From positions 619,133 to 683,132 of the forward strand of contig JADJJR010000001.1 of assembly GCA_016706425.1 (NCBI GenBank): a DNA stretch of 64,000 bases, written 5' to 3'. The translations under genes and the position numbers were made by a program. This document shows positions 18,470-28,509 of the stretch, piece after piece. Under the pieces are notes generated by a model. It saw nothing but the letters and a program-made list of their open reading frames with translations, searched no databases and was not told the DNA's origin. Every line of letters starts with the position of its first letter. The stretch's first letter is position 1. Source of the stretch: Elusimicrobiota bacterium. Its GTDB lineage: Bacteria; Elusimicrobiota; Elusimicrobia; FEN-1173.

Positions 18470-21400
18470 ATGAAGACTTCGCTTGCGCAACGCTGGATCG
18501 CGTCGGTCACCACCGGCGCCTACCTTTTTACCGTGATCGGGGCGGCTCCGGTCGAGGCGTCTTTCTGGGAGGACCGCGCCCGTGCCCGCCGTTCGGACGC
18601 CGCGCCGTCGGGGCCCGGCCCTCTGTTGGCCCAACGGCCCGCCGCGCTTCGCGTTTCCTGGACCCCGGTGGGGTCCGCCGCGCTGTCGGCACCCGTGCCG
18701 CGTCCCGAACCGTCGGTGCCCGGCTGGGCCCGCGCGGCGGTCTCGCGCCACGGCGAGGTCCGAAACCTTTGGGAAGGCCCGGCCCGGGGCCCGCGGGTGT
18801 TCCTCCTGCTGGACGCCCACGACGTCGTTTCCGCCCAGCGCAACATCGCCGGGTTCCTCGCTCAATTCTCGTCCACGGCCCGCCCCGTGATCGGGGTCGA
18901 GGGGACCTCCGGCGCCTTCGCCTTCGACCGATACCGCGACCTCCTTGCCCCGGCGGACCAACGCGCCTTGGCGGAGCATTTGCTTAAAAAAGGCTTTTTG
19001 AACGGCGTCGAGTTGTTCGCCTTGACGGCCGAAACCGCTCCCGCCCTGTGGGGGGTGGAAGACCCGGCGCTCTACGACGCCCACGTGCGCGCCTACCGGG
19101 CGTCTTTGCCGGTGAGCGACAAAACCCGCGCCGCCCTGGCGCGGCTGAAAACCGATTCCCAAGAAGCGGCGGACCGGCTGTTTTCGCCGGAACTCCGCGC
19201 CCTGGACAAGGAAATCGCCGCCCGTCACGAAGACCGGAGCGACGCCGCCCGTTACGCCGCCGTTTTGGCCGAGGCCCTGGGGGACGCGGCGGGCCCGCAG
19301 ACCCGTCGTTTCCTGTCCGCCAAACGCCTGGAGGAGGGATTCGCCTTCCCCGATGTTGAGCAAGCGCGGGCCGCTTTCATCGAGCGGGTCTCCCCGCGCC
19401 TGTCGCCTTTTGAAACCCAACACTTGGTGCGCCTCACGGCGGAGTTCCGGGCGGGGGGCCTCTCGGGCCGCGACTACTACGCCCGCCTGGAGGAAACCGC
19501 CGCTTCCAAGGGCGTGCCCGTTTCGGCGTACCCGCCGTTCCAAAAATACATCCGCTACGTCGCCGCCGCCGAGGCGGTGGATCCGACGGCGCTCCTGGAG
19601 GAGTGGGACGTTTCCGAAGACCGCGCTTACGCCCGACGCTCCCGTCCGTCGGAGCGGCCGTTGATCGAATGGATTCAAGACCTGCGCCTGGCCGAACGCG
19701 CGGTGACCCACGCGCTGACGCCCGTCGAATGGGAGCGGGTCCGCGCGCGCCGCGCGCGGTGGGGGGATTGGGTTGAACGGGCGACCGCGTTGGGGGCGCC
19801 GGTCGACGCCGCGACGGATTTGCGATCGACACTGCCCGTTTTTGAATCCTTTTGCGAGGCGGCCGACGCGCGGAACGCGGCTCTTTTGGACAACGCGCTC
19901 GCCGCGGCCGAACGGCGCGGGGCGCGCGACGTTGTGCTGGTGACCGGGGGGTTTCACGCCCCGGCTTTGCGGCGGTTGTTGGAGGTCAAGGGCCTTTCCC
20001 ACGCCGTCGTGGCCCCCTTCGTCACGGAAGTGCCGGAAGACGGCACCGGGTACCTGCAGGCCTTCGCGTCGACCCGCACGCCTCTTGAACGGCTGTTGTT
20101 GGGCGACCGGCTTTTCATGAACCCCCCTTCGGCCACGTCCGTCGCCGTCCAGGACCCGGCGTCTCCCTTTCACGCCGCCGCCAAGGCCCTGGATCGCGCC
20201 GCGTTGGTTTACAGCGTGCCGTTGGTTCGCGGCGCGGATCTCAACGGTTTCATCGCCAAGGGCGGATGGAAGGCCACCGCGGCGTGGGACGCGACCGGGG
20301 ACCGGCGCACCGTCGAAATTCGCTTCGCCGGTTCCGCCCAGTCGGTGATGGTCGCCTCGCCCCGGGACGGGGCCGCCGCCAGCGGGGAGGGACTCGCCCG
20401 TTCGGTGGAAGAGACCGGCGCGCGGGTCGTGGAGACGGACACCGTCGGCGGCGTTCCCTACGCTCTGGGCGGCAAGACATTGGTCCGGGCGATTCCAGAA
20501 TGGATCGCGGGGGCGGCGTTCTTGATGTGGTGGGGGGCGGCGTCCTTGGCGCCGCCGGCGCTCTTGTGGGGTTTGGGGGCGGGGGCCATCGCCGGCGGCC
20601 TCATGTTGCGGGGCATGATCCTCGGCGCGGCGTTCCTGCACGGGGCCGGACACGCGGCCGCGGCGCGGACCGAAGGAGGAGCTTCCTTCCGCGGTTCCTT
20701 GGCCGCCTACGCGCGGTCCCTGGGCTGGACCGGTCTGGTGCCCTTCGCCCCGGTGTTCCTGCCCGGCCTTTCCCCGGAAAAAGAGGCGCCCAAAATGGAC
20801 ATCGGTCCCATGGCCGACGGTGCGGCGCGCCGGGTGGCCCTGGCCGGGCCCTTGGCCAACCTGACCGCCGTTGGGCTGGTGGCGCCCTTCCTGTCGCTCA
20901 CAGGGACTTTGGGACTGACCGACCTGGTTTTGGCGGCTTTCGCGGGGATCAACCTGTGGACGGCCCTCGCGTCGGTGTCGGATCTCCGCACGGCGCTCTC
21001 CGGCGTGGGCCGCGTGCTGGCCTGCGGGGTGGTGGGCGTGGTGTACGGCGGTCCCAACCCAAAATCCGAAACCCTGCCGGAGGGCGTGCAACGCTTGATG
21101 GATGGGGCCGTCCTGCGCACGCTCCACCGCGGCGGCCAGTCGGGGGGTGTGGCGGCGGTGGCGGTGCGGGAAAACGGCCACGCGGAGTTTTCGTTCTTTG
21201 TTGAAAAAACCGCCAAGGAGCGGGACCGCCGCGCGCGCCTGGGGGCGCTGATGCGCGCGGGCATGGCCCGCCTCGCGGCCCGCGCCCAAAAGGCGGGGTT
21301 CGGCGGCCTGCGGCGCCTGGTGGTGATCGGTCACACGCGCTACGGAACCAACCTGGCCCAGCCCGTGGCCGTCAACGCCCACCCCCACACCAGCGCGGGG

Positions 21401-24400
21401 GAAACCGACACGGTCCTTTACATCGGGGACGGAAAACGCGACGCCAAGTACGAGCGGCCCTGGGAACGGCCCGTCGACGCCCCGACGGTGAAATCCGTCG
21501 CCCTGCCGCGGGGCGTGGCCATCGCCCACAACGGCGACGACAACGCCACGGTCCTGTTCCGCCGGGGCGATCGGAAGGTCGAGCTCTCGAACGAGGACGA
21601 CGCCCGCCTGAGCGAGCGGATGACGGGACACCAAAACCCCGCTCAGGGCGACTCGCCCCAAATCGCCACCCGGTTCGACCGCTGGATCACCCAAGGGTCG
21701 GTGCGCGCGTCCCTGCGGTTGGCCCTGCTGAACACGTCCTTGGAATCCTTGCCCGGGGAGGACCTGTCCGCCGAAGAGGTCCTGGCCCGCGCGCCCACGC
21801 CGGCCACGCTGGACGGGCTGATGCAGGCCAAGACCTTTCAGGGATTTGCCGCCGAGTTGGAGGCGCTCCACCGCCGGCACCCGGCCGCGACGCATGGGGA
21901 GGCGTTGTTCGCCGCCGCCGGCGCCCGGGGGGTGTCGGACGAAGCGGTCTGGGATCTGGAGGACGCCGTGCCGTTCGTCGGAGGATCCGACATCGAAAAA
22001 CTTCGGAACACCCTGGCCGACCAATCGCGGGCGGTGTTTAAAATCTTGCCCTGGTTCGCCGCGCTGGAGGGGGCGGACCAGGCGCGCGCCGCGCGGCGCT
22101 TCGCCGACCTGTATTTAAAATTTTTCTTCACCGGCGATCTCCGTCGGGCGGGCGTCCATCTGTTGCGGCGGGCGGACCCGACGTCCACTTTCGGCGTGAT
22201 GGCGGGCACGCTGTTGGAGGGGGAAAGCGCCGTTTGGTTGCGCCAGCGTCAGCCCTTCTACCTGTGGATGTCGACGGACGGGCTCAGCGTGGCCGGCAGC
22301 AGCGAGGCCAAGGCCTTTTTGGGCGCGCGCGCGGGGGAAAGCCCGTTCCGCCATCGCCTGACGTTGAAGAACGGGGAGGTCGCGACCCTGCGGGGAACCC
22401 GGCTCGTCATCGACCACGTGGAGCGGGGGCGGGTGGCGTCCTACGACCTGTCCCGCCCGGCCGAGGCGTTCGCCGACGCGCGGTGGTTGGATTTGGAAAC
22501 CAGCCCCCACGTCACCGCCTCCACGTCGGAAGCCGTGCCCGCGGAAAAGCGCGTGCGGGACGACACGGAAACCATTCCCTGGGTCAACGCGAAACTGGCC
22601 GAGGATTTCGCCGATCCGAAATCCAACAACAGCCGCTCGGCGGACGCCCTCGTGGGTTTGCTCGCCGACCGGTTGGCCAAACGGAAATCCGCGGGCGGCG
22701 GGATCGACCTGGTGATCGTGGGCACGGAAAAGAGCTTTGACGCGGCCTCGGCCCACGCCCGAATCCTGGAAAAAATATCCAGCCTCGCCGGTCGGCGGCT
22801 CAACGTCCGCGTGGTGTACGGCGCGGAATTCACCCGGGAGGATTTGGTTCAAATGCGGGACGAAGGCTTTGGCGCCGACACGGTCGTCCTGGGCCTGACC
22901 AGTTCGGGCCAGACGGCGAACACCTTTTACGCGCTCGAAGGGCTCCACGCCGCCTGGCGCGGCCTGCGGGAAAAAGCCGGTCTTCCCGACGACGCGACGC
23001 CCCCCCATTTCCTGGTGTCGGCGGACATCGACAACCCCTACACGGAGGAAGTGCTCGGGCAGGGGCTCGGCGCCGGGGATCCCTTCAAAGCCCGGAATTT
23101 CGTGACGTTTCCCGCCCTCGATCCCTTCCACCCGGCGGAGGCGGCGACGGTCACCCACAAGGCCACGGAGCGGCTGCTGAAGGAAGTGTCGGCGCGCTTC
23201 GCGGCGGCGTTGGCCGCCAAGAGCCGGCGTTGGGCCGGCGGGGGCCTGCCGGGACACATCCCGGGGTCCATCCGCCGCATGGTGGACAACGGCGATGAAC
23301 TGGACCGCCGGATCACCGGGTTGGACGCCGACGGCAACCCCCACCGCCACCTGCGGCGCACCGGGGAGACCAACGACATTCCCGACCAGATCGGCGCCGG
23401 GGCCGATCGGCTGAGCCAAGCCTTTTTAGAATCCCTCTGGGCGACGGGCGCCACGGCCCTCTTCATCGCGGTGACCCTGTTGTTCCACGCGACGCCGGCG
23501 AGCGTTCTCCTGAGCGGGTTCCCCAACGGGGCCTACCTGTTCGCCGACGGGGTGCCGCTGTTGGCGGCCGGCGTGGGGCTGTTGACCGTCGCCGTCGCGG
23601 CGTGGAAAACCCGCGCCTGGCGATGGCACGGTTTGTTCGCCGCCTTGGGGGGCGTGGCGGTCTTCGGGGCGGGTCTTTTCGCCGGGGAATCCCTGGTGTT
23701 GGCTCTCGACGCGGCGGGCCGCGCGGCGGGTTGGGGCGCCCTGGGCACGGGGTGGGGCTCCTTGCCCCTGGGTTTGGACGTCTCCCCGGTCAACTTGGTG
23801 AACGCGTTCACCTACATTTTCTTTTTCTTCGGATTCACCCTGGCCTTGAGAAAATACCAGGGACGTCCGTTGTGGGACCGGTTGGGCGGCCGCGTTTTGG
23901 TCTTGGCGGACGCCCAGCATTCCATCGCGCGTTTGAGCGCCGCCCGTTGGCGCCGCATGCTCAGCCACCGGTTCGGCTGGATGGGGCTCAATTCGATCAA
24001 TGAGTCGTCCCTCGGACGGTTGACCCACGAGGAGGCGCTCAATTCCAACGTGCGGGGCAACATTTACCTGCAGGGGGAGGCCCGCCACGCCGAGGGGCCG
24101 ACCCTGATGAATTACAAGCAATTGGGCGGCAGCCCCAACGGACCCGGCCGGGTGTGGCGCATGGGGATCGGGCACAAGCCGCGCGCCCAGGCCAGCGCCG
24201 CCTATTCGGAGGGCTACATCTCCCTCCACATGAAGAGCGACGACGTCGCCGGGTCGGACCCGGACCTGGCGGTGTTGCAGGACCTGGTGCAGGACGGCCC
24301 GGCCCGCGACACCGCGGGAATGGTCCTGTCGTTGGAAGTGGCGGAGCGCATGGCGGGCATTCGCCCCTTGAACTTCGTGGTGGGCATGACCTCCAGCGAA

Positions 24401-26035
24401 GCCAAGACGTCCACCACGCAACAGCCCTTCGCCCCGCTCTCGGAGGGAGAGGTCCGGGCGGTGTTCGGCTTGACCCCGCGCCTGGAGCCCCGGGCGGCGA
24501 CGGCCGAAATCCTTCCCGACCCCCTGCCGGAGGTCGGACCGTCCGTGGGAACGCCCGCGGCGGCCCCGGCGCGCAAGTCGTCCCCGCCGCGCCCGACGGA
24601 CGTGGAAGTCCCCCCGTCGCCTTCAGACACCGCGCCCCGCGTTGCGGGTTGGGTGTGGCGCTGGACGCGGATGGCCGCCCTGGCGCTCGTGGTCGTGATC
24701 CTGTCGTCCAGCGGGGAACGGGTCCTCTCTTCCGCGCGAAACGCCCTGGACCGCCCCGCGCCGGCGGTCGTCGGTTCGTTGGTGGGAGCCGAAACGGTGC
24801 AAAAAAGCGTCCCGGCCGGTGTCCAAAACGTCGCCCCGCCGGTCGTGGTTTTGGAAGCCGCCGTTCCCCTCACGACGCGGGTGTGGTATCACGCGAAGGG
24901 GACGGGCGAACTGAAATTGAAAAAGGGGATGATCCCCGCCGGGACGGCCTTGACAGTGATTCGACGCAATCCGGAGAAAACCCTGGTGCGCGTGCGGGCC
25001 CAAACCCCCGGCGCCCGCGCGGTTTGGGTCCGCGCGGCGGAGTTCGATCGGGGCACCCGGGTTCGCACCGAAGCGGCGCCCGTGACGTCCTTTAACCCCC
25101 CAAACATTCCGCTGTCGCAACAGGCGGTGCCCCTGGACGCCGCCGGCGCCCCGTGGCTGGCGCCCGTGGTGCCCGTCTTGTCGATGGTGGGCCGTCGCCG
25201 CGCGGCCCAGAACAAAACGCCCGGCGCCCTCCTGCGGCGACGGCTCCTGGGCGGCGCGCGCGCCTGGAGCGTCGCCGACCGTCCCTGGGCCGAAGCCCTG
25301 GCGGGGTATTTGGAAAAACCCACCGACACCGACTGGGCCGAGCAGGCCCTGCGGACGGCGCTCGCCTACGGCGCTCTGGGGGGGGCGCGTTGGGGCGCCG
25401 ACCGGGGGTGGCAAAACGACTTCCGGGAAACCCGCTCCATCTTGAAAGGGGCGGCGCTCTCCCCGCGCGAAGGGCGCGCCTTGACGACCTTGGCCCGGCG
25501 CGCCGCGGCCTGGACCCGCGGGGGGTCCCCAACCGCCTTTTCCGACGGGGCCGTCGCGGTCCTGGACTTGACCGAAGCGGAAAAAGAAACCCATCTGTGG
25601 CACCATTGGGCGGCGGCCGCGGAACGAACCGCCCGGGGCGAGCCCGCGCCCGTGTTGGTGGCCCGCTCCGAACGCCAACGGGAACGCCTGGAGGCCGCCT
25701 GGGCGGCCTGGCGCGGCGAGGCGCCCCCCGCCGGGGCGTGGGTGTATTTGGACGTCCTGGACGGTCGGACCGTGACGCGGGGGACCGATGGCTTGCCCGC
25801 GACGGTGCGGCTGGGCGGGGTGCTCAAGGCCGCCGGGGTGAACCCGGACCGGCTGTCCGCGGTGGACGTGGTGTCGGGGGTGGGCGGCGCCCACGCCTGG
25901 GACCGATCCGACCTTCCCGCGAACGTGGTCGTGCGGATGATCATCGGCCTTTTGCGCGAACTGACCCTCACGGCGGTTTTGGACGAGGCGCAAAACGCGT
26001 TGCGCTCGGCCCGCGCGGCCCTGACCGCGGCCTGA
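18470..26035 (+). CDS. Giant (2,521 aa) multidomain membrane protein with embedded GlmS-like class-II glutamine amidotransferase + SIS module
   Basis: ATG 18470 with AAAGGAG SD. Uninterrupted 7.5-kb ORF; the antisense ORF is R/G/P-rich junk. Signal/TM N-terminus. Tiki/TraB-like GxxH-like motifs (FLLLDAHDV, VLVTGGFHAP; tentative). TM blocks. Internal Ntn motif LACGVVGVVYGG and LHRGGQSGGVAAV (GATase-II). SIS-like VLGLTSSGQTANTFYALE. SH3-like C-terminal part. Confidence 0.6.
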   Translation: MKTSLAQRWIASVTTGAYLFTVIGAAPVEASFWEDRARARRSDAAPSGPGPLLAQRPAALRVSWTPVGSAALSAPVPRPEPSVPGWARAAVSRHGEVRNLWEGPARGPRVFLLLDAHDVVSAQRNIAGFLAQFSSTARPVIGVEGTSGAFAFDRYRDLLAPADQRALAEHLLKKGFLNGVELFALTAETAPALWGVEDPALYDAHVRAYRASLPVSDKTRAALARLKTDSQEAADRLFSPELRALDKEIAARHEDRSDAARYAAVLAEALGDAAGPQTRRFLSAKRLEEGFAFPDVEQARAAFIERVSPRLSPFETQHLVRLTAEFRAGGLSGRDYYARLEETAASKGVPVSAYPPFQKYIRYVAAAEAVDPTALLEEWDVSEDRAYARRSRPSERPLIEWIQDLRLAERAVTHALTPVEWERVRARRARWGDWVERATALGAPVDAATDLRSTLPVFESFCEAADARNAALLDNALAAAERRGARDVVLVTGGFHAPALRRLLEVKGLSHAVVAPFVTEVPEDGTGYLQAFASTRTPLERLLLGDRLFMNPPSATSVAVQDPASPFHAAAKALDRAALVYSVPLVRGADLNGFIAKGGWKATAAWDATGDRRTVEIRFAGSAQSVMVASPRDGAAASGEGLARSVEETGARVVETDTVGGVPYALGGKTLVRAIPEWIAGAAFLMWWGAASLAPPALLWGLGAGAIAGGLMLRGMILGAAFLHGAGHAAAARTEGGASFRGSLAAYARSLGWTGLVPFAPVFLPGLSPEKEAPKMDIGPMADGAARRVALAGPLANLTAVGLVAPFLSLTGTLGLTDLVLAAFAGINLWTALASVSDLRTALSGVGRVLACGVVGVVYGGPNPKSETLPEGVQRLMDGAVLRTLHRGGQSGGVAAVAVRENGHAEFSFFVEKTAKERDRRARLGALMRAGMARLAARAQKAGFGGLRRLVVIGHTRYGTNLAQPVAVNAHPHTSAGETDTVLYIGDGKRDAKYERPWERPVDAPTVKSVALPRGVAIAHNGDDNATVLFRRGDRKVELSNEDDARLSERMTGHQNPAQGDSPQIATRFDRWITQGSVRASLRLALLNTSLESLPGEDLSAEEVLARAPTPATLDGLMQAKTFQGFAAELEALHRRHPAATHGEALFAAAGARGVSDEAVWDLEDAVPFVGGSDIEKLRNTLADQSRAVFKILPWFAALEGADQARAARRFADLYLKFFFTGDLRRAGVHLLRRADPTSTFGVMAGTLLEGESAVWLRQRQPFYLWMSTDGLSVAGSSEAKAFLGARAGESPFRHRLTLKNGEVATLRGTRLVIDHVERGRVASYDLSRPAEAFADARWLDLETSPHVTASTSEAVPAEKRVRDDTETIPWVNAKLAEDFADPKSNNSRSADALVGLLADRLAKRKSAGGGIDLVIVGTEKSFDAASAHARILEKISSLAGRRLNVRVVYGAEFTREDLVQMRDEGFGADTVVLGLTSSGQTANTFYALEGLHAAWRGLREKAGLPDDATPPHFLVSADIDNPYTEEVLGQGLGAGDPFKARNFVTFPALDPFHPAEAATVTHKATERLLKEVSARFAAALAAKSRRWAGGGLPGHIPGSIRRMVDNGDELDRRITGLDADGNPHRHLRRTGETNDIPDQIGAGADRLSQAFLESLWATGATALFIAVTLLFHATPASVLLSGFPNGAYLFADGVPLLAAGVGLLTVAVAAWKTRAWRWHGLFAALGGVAVFGAGLFAGESLVLALDAAGRAAGWGALGTGWGSLPLGLDVSPVNLVNAFTYIFFFFGFTLALRKYQGRPLWDRLGGRVLVLADAQHSIARLSAARWRRMLSHRFGWMGLNSINESSLGRLTHEEALNSNVRGNIYLQGEARHAEGPTLMNYKQLGGSPNGPGRVWRMGIGHKPRAQASAAYSEGYISLHMKSDDVAGSDPDLAVLQDLVQDGPARDTAGMVLSLEVAERMAGIRPLNFVVGMTSSEAKTSTTQQPFAPLSEGEVRAVFGLTPRLEPRAATAEILPDPLPEVGPSVGTPAAAPARKSSPPRPTDVEVPPSPSDTAPRVAGWVWRWTRMAALALVVVILSSSGERVLSSARNALDRPAPAVVGSLVGAETVQKSVPAGVQNVAPPVVVLEAAVPLTTRVWYHAKGTGELKLKKGMIPAGTALTVIRRNPEKTLVRVRAQTPGARAVWVRAAEFDRGTRVRTEAAPVTSFNPPNIPLSQQAVPLDAAGAPWLAPVVPVLSMVGRRRAAQNKTPGALLRRRLLGGARAWSVADRPWAEALAGYLEKPTDTDWAEQALRTALAYGALGGARWGADRGWQNDFRETRSILKGAALSPREGRALTTLARRAAAWTRGGSPTAFSDGAVAVLDLTEAEKETHLWHHWAAAAERTARGEPAPVLVARSERQRERLEAAWAAWRGEAPPAGAWVYLDVLDGRTVTRGTDGLPATVRLGGVLKAAGVNPDRLSAVDVVSGVGGAHAWDRSDLPANVVVRMIIGLLRELTLTAVLDEAQNALRSARAALTAA

Positions 26036-26111
26036 TTCCCGAAACCCGGGGCCGCCCCCGCTCGCGCGGGGAACCCGGTTTGTGGAAGGTTTCCGACGGT
26101 GCTATAATATT

Positions 26112-26648
26112 GGTATGAGCGCCGCGCCCAAGCCTTTGCCCCTCCTGTTGCCGATCCGCAAGTACGGCGACCCGGTGTTGGTCCGCCCCGCCAAGCCCGT
26201 GGCGGCCGTGGACGACGACATTCGCCGGTTGATCCCGGTCATGTTCCGCACCATGTACGCCGAGCCGGGCATCGGGTTGGCGGCGCCGCAGGTGGGTGTT
26301 TCCCTGCGCCTCATGGTGGTGGACGTGGCCCCCGACGGGAAAAGCCAACCCCTCGTCCTGATCAACCCCGTGGTCGAAAAGAAAAAAGGCCGGATCCGCT
26401 CCGAGGAGGGGTGCCTTTCCTTTCCGGGCATTCAGGTCACCGTGCCCCGGGCGGCCTGGGTGCGGGTGTCCGCCGTGGACGAAAAGGGCGCGCCCGTGGT
26501 CGTCGAAGGCGAGGGGCTTCTTTCCCGTTGCCTCCAGCACGAAATGGACCATCTCGACGGGGTCGTGATGATCGACCATCTTTCCCTCGCCAAACGCCTC
26601 AAGGTCCTTTGGGAAATCCGCAAACGAAAAAAAGCCGGTCTTTGGTAA
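26112..26648 (+). CDS. def: Peptide deformylase
   Basis: Motifs GIGLAAPQVG, EGCLSFPG, HEMDHLDG. Confidence 0.9.
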   Translation, partial: GMSAAPKPLPLLLPIRKYGDPVLVRPAKPVAAVDDDIRRLIPVMFRTMYAEPGIGLAAPQVGVSLRLMVVDVAPDGKSQPLVLINPVVEKKKGRIRSEEGCLSFPGIQVTVPRAAWVRVSAVDEKGAPVVVEGEGLLSRCLQHEMDHLDGVVMIDHLSLAKRLKVLWEIRKRKKAGLW

Positions 26649-26655
26649 TTCCCCC

Positions 26656-27588
26656 GTGCTGAACACCGTCTTTTTTGGAACGCCCCCCATCGCGGTGCCG
26701 TTCTTGGAGCGGCTGGCGTCCCTCACCCGCGTGCGCGGGGTGGTCACGGCCCCGGACCGGCCCGTCGGGCGCGGTTACGCCCTGACGCCCCCGGCGGTCA
26801 AAACCGCCGCGCAAAAACTCGGCCTGTCCGTCCTTCAACCAACGTCCCCCAAAGAACTGGACTTGGCGGCGGCCTTCGGCCCCCTGGACGTGGGCGTCGT
26901 CGTCGCCTACGGGTATCTCCTCCCGCCCGCGGTTTTCAACGCGCCGACACACGGGCTGGTCAACGCGCACTTTTCCCTGGTTCCCAAATTCCGCGGCGCG
27001 GGACCCATTCAATGGGCTCTCATTCGCGGGGAAACCGAGACCGGCGTGAGTCTGTTTCGCATCGAAAAAGGCCTCGACACGGGGCCGGTGTTCCTGCAAA
27101 AAACCGTGCCGATCCGGCCGGAGGACAACGCGGCGACTTTAAGGGAGCGGTTGACCGCCGAGGGCGTCGAACTTTTGGGGGACTTCGTCCGTAAGATAGG
27201 TTCGAGTTCCTGGGAGCCGTCCCCGCAGATCGGGGAATGGACGGAGGCGCCGCTTCTTAAGAAAGAGGATGGCCGCGTTTTTTGGGACCGCCATTCCGCC
27301 CGGGAGATTCTCAATCTGGTGCGGGGCACCTACGAATGGCCGGGCGCCACGGCGCGGATCCAGGGCGCGCGTCTCAAAATCCGCGCCGGCGAGGCCCGGG
27401 CCCACGGCAATGGCCGCCCAGGGGAAATCGTCGCCGTCGAGAAAGGGCGGGGTTTTTTGGTAAAATGCGTTTCCGACAGCCTGCTCGTGACCCGGGTCCA
27501 ACCCGAGGGAAAACGCGAGATGGACGCCGAGAGCTATTGGAACGGCGCCCGGCTGGCGGTCGGACATCGATTTGAACAGGAGGCATAA
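26656..27588 (+). CDS. fmt: Methionyl-tRNA formyltransferase
   Basis: GTG start 8 nt after the def stop. Formyltransferase N-domain (HFSLVPKFRGAGPIQWALI) and C-terminal domain. Confidence 0.9.
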   Translation: MLNTVFFGTPPIAVPFLERLASLTRVRGVVTAPDRPVGRGYALTPPAVKTAAQKLGLSVLQPTSPKELDLAAAFGPLDVGVVVAYGYLLPPAVFNAPTHGLVNAHFSLVPKFRGAGPIQWALIRGETETGVSLFRIEKGLDTGPVFLQKTVPIRPEDNAATLRERLTAEGVELLGDFVRKIGSSSWEPSPQIGEWTEAPLLKKEDGRVFWDRHSAREILNLVRGTYEWPGATARIQGARLKIRAGEARAHGNGRPGEIVAVEKGRGFLVKCVSDSLLVTRVQPEGKREMDAESYWNGARLAVGHRFEQEA

Positions 27589-27591
27589 CCC

Positions 27592-28479
27592 ATGGCAATG
27601 ATGAAGCGCGTGTTCCTCTTTATGGCGGTGAACCTGTTGGTCGTGGTCACCCTCTCCATCGTTTTGAACCTGTTGGGCGTGCGCGGGTACATGACGGCGC
27701 ACGGCATCGATTACGGCGCTTTGATGGTCTTCTGCCTCGTGTGGGGCATGGGCGGGGCTTTCATTTCCCTGCTTTTGTCCCGGGTGATGGCGAAGTGGAC
27801 CATGCGCGTCCAGGTCATCGACCCCGCGTCGGCCTCGGGGGAAGCGGCCTGGCTCGTCCAGACCGTGCACAACCTGGCCACGGTCGCCGGGCTGCCCGCG
27901 ATGCCCGAGGTGGGCGTTTACGAAAGCCCCGAGGTCAACGCCTTCGCCACGGGCCCCACGCGGTCCCGCGCCCTGGTCGCCGTTTCCTCGGGTCTTCTGC
28001 GCTCCATGGACCGGAGCCAAGTGGAGGGGGTGCTGGGCCACGAAATCGCCCACGTCGCCAACGGCGACATGGTCACCATGACCTTGGTCCAAGGGGTCAT
28101 CAACGCTTTTGTCATGTTCCTGGCCCGGGTCATCGCCTTCGCCGTGAGCCAGCAGGTGAAGGAAGAATCCCGCCGTTCGATTCAATTCATGGTCACGATT
28201 CTGCTGGAAATCGTGTTCAGCCTTCTGGGCATGCTGGTGGTCGCCGGGTTCTCCCGCTGGCGCGAGTTCCGCGCCGACGCGGGGGGCGGTCGCCTGGCCG
28301 GCCGGGAAAAGATGATCGCGGCCCTGCAGGCGCTTCAACGCAACGTCGCCGCCGTCGACAACCGCCAGGCGGCCATCGCGACCTTAAAAATTTCGGGTCG
28401 GCGCGGTTTCCTGGCGCTTTTGTCGACGCACCCGCCCCTCGAAGAGCGCATCGAGCGTCTTCGCCAGGCGAGTTTGTAA
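27592..28479 (+). CDS. htpX: Zinc metalloprotease HtpX (M48)
   Basis: AGGAGG SD. TM helices. HEIAHVANGD zinc motif. Confidence 0.85.
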   Translation: MAMMKRVFLFMAVNLLVVVTLSIVLNLLGVRGYMTAHGIDYGALMVFCLVWGMGGAFISLLLSRVMAKWTMRVQVIDPASASGEAAWLVQTVHNLATVAGLPAMPEVGVYESPEVNAFATGPTRSRALVAVSSGLLRSMDRSQVEGVLGHEIAHVANGDMVTMTLVQGVINAFVMFLARVIAFAVSQQVKEESRRSIQFMVTILLEIVFSLLGMLVVAGFSRWREFRADAGGGRLAGREKMIAALQALQRNVAAVDNRQAAIATLKISGRRGFLALLSTHPPLEERIERLRQASL

Positions 28480-28509
28480 CCCCCCGCCGTTTCCCGGGCG
28501 CGTCGCACC

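Noticed and set aside
18302-22024. 1,240-aa minus-strand ORF antisense to the giant gene
   Set aside because: Its translation is extremely Arg/Gly/Pro-rich with no motifs, typical of stop-codon-poor antisense frames in 70 % GC DNA. The plus-strand frame carries recognisable domains.
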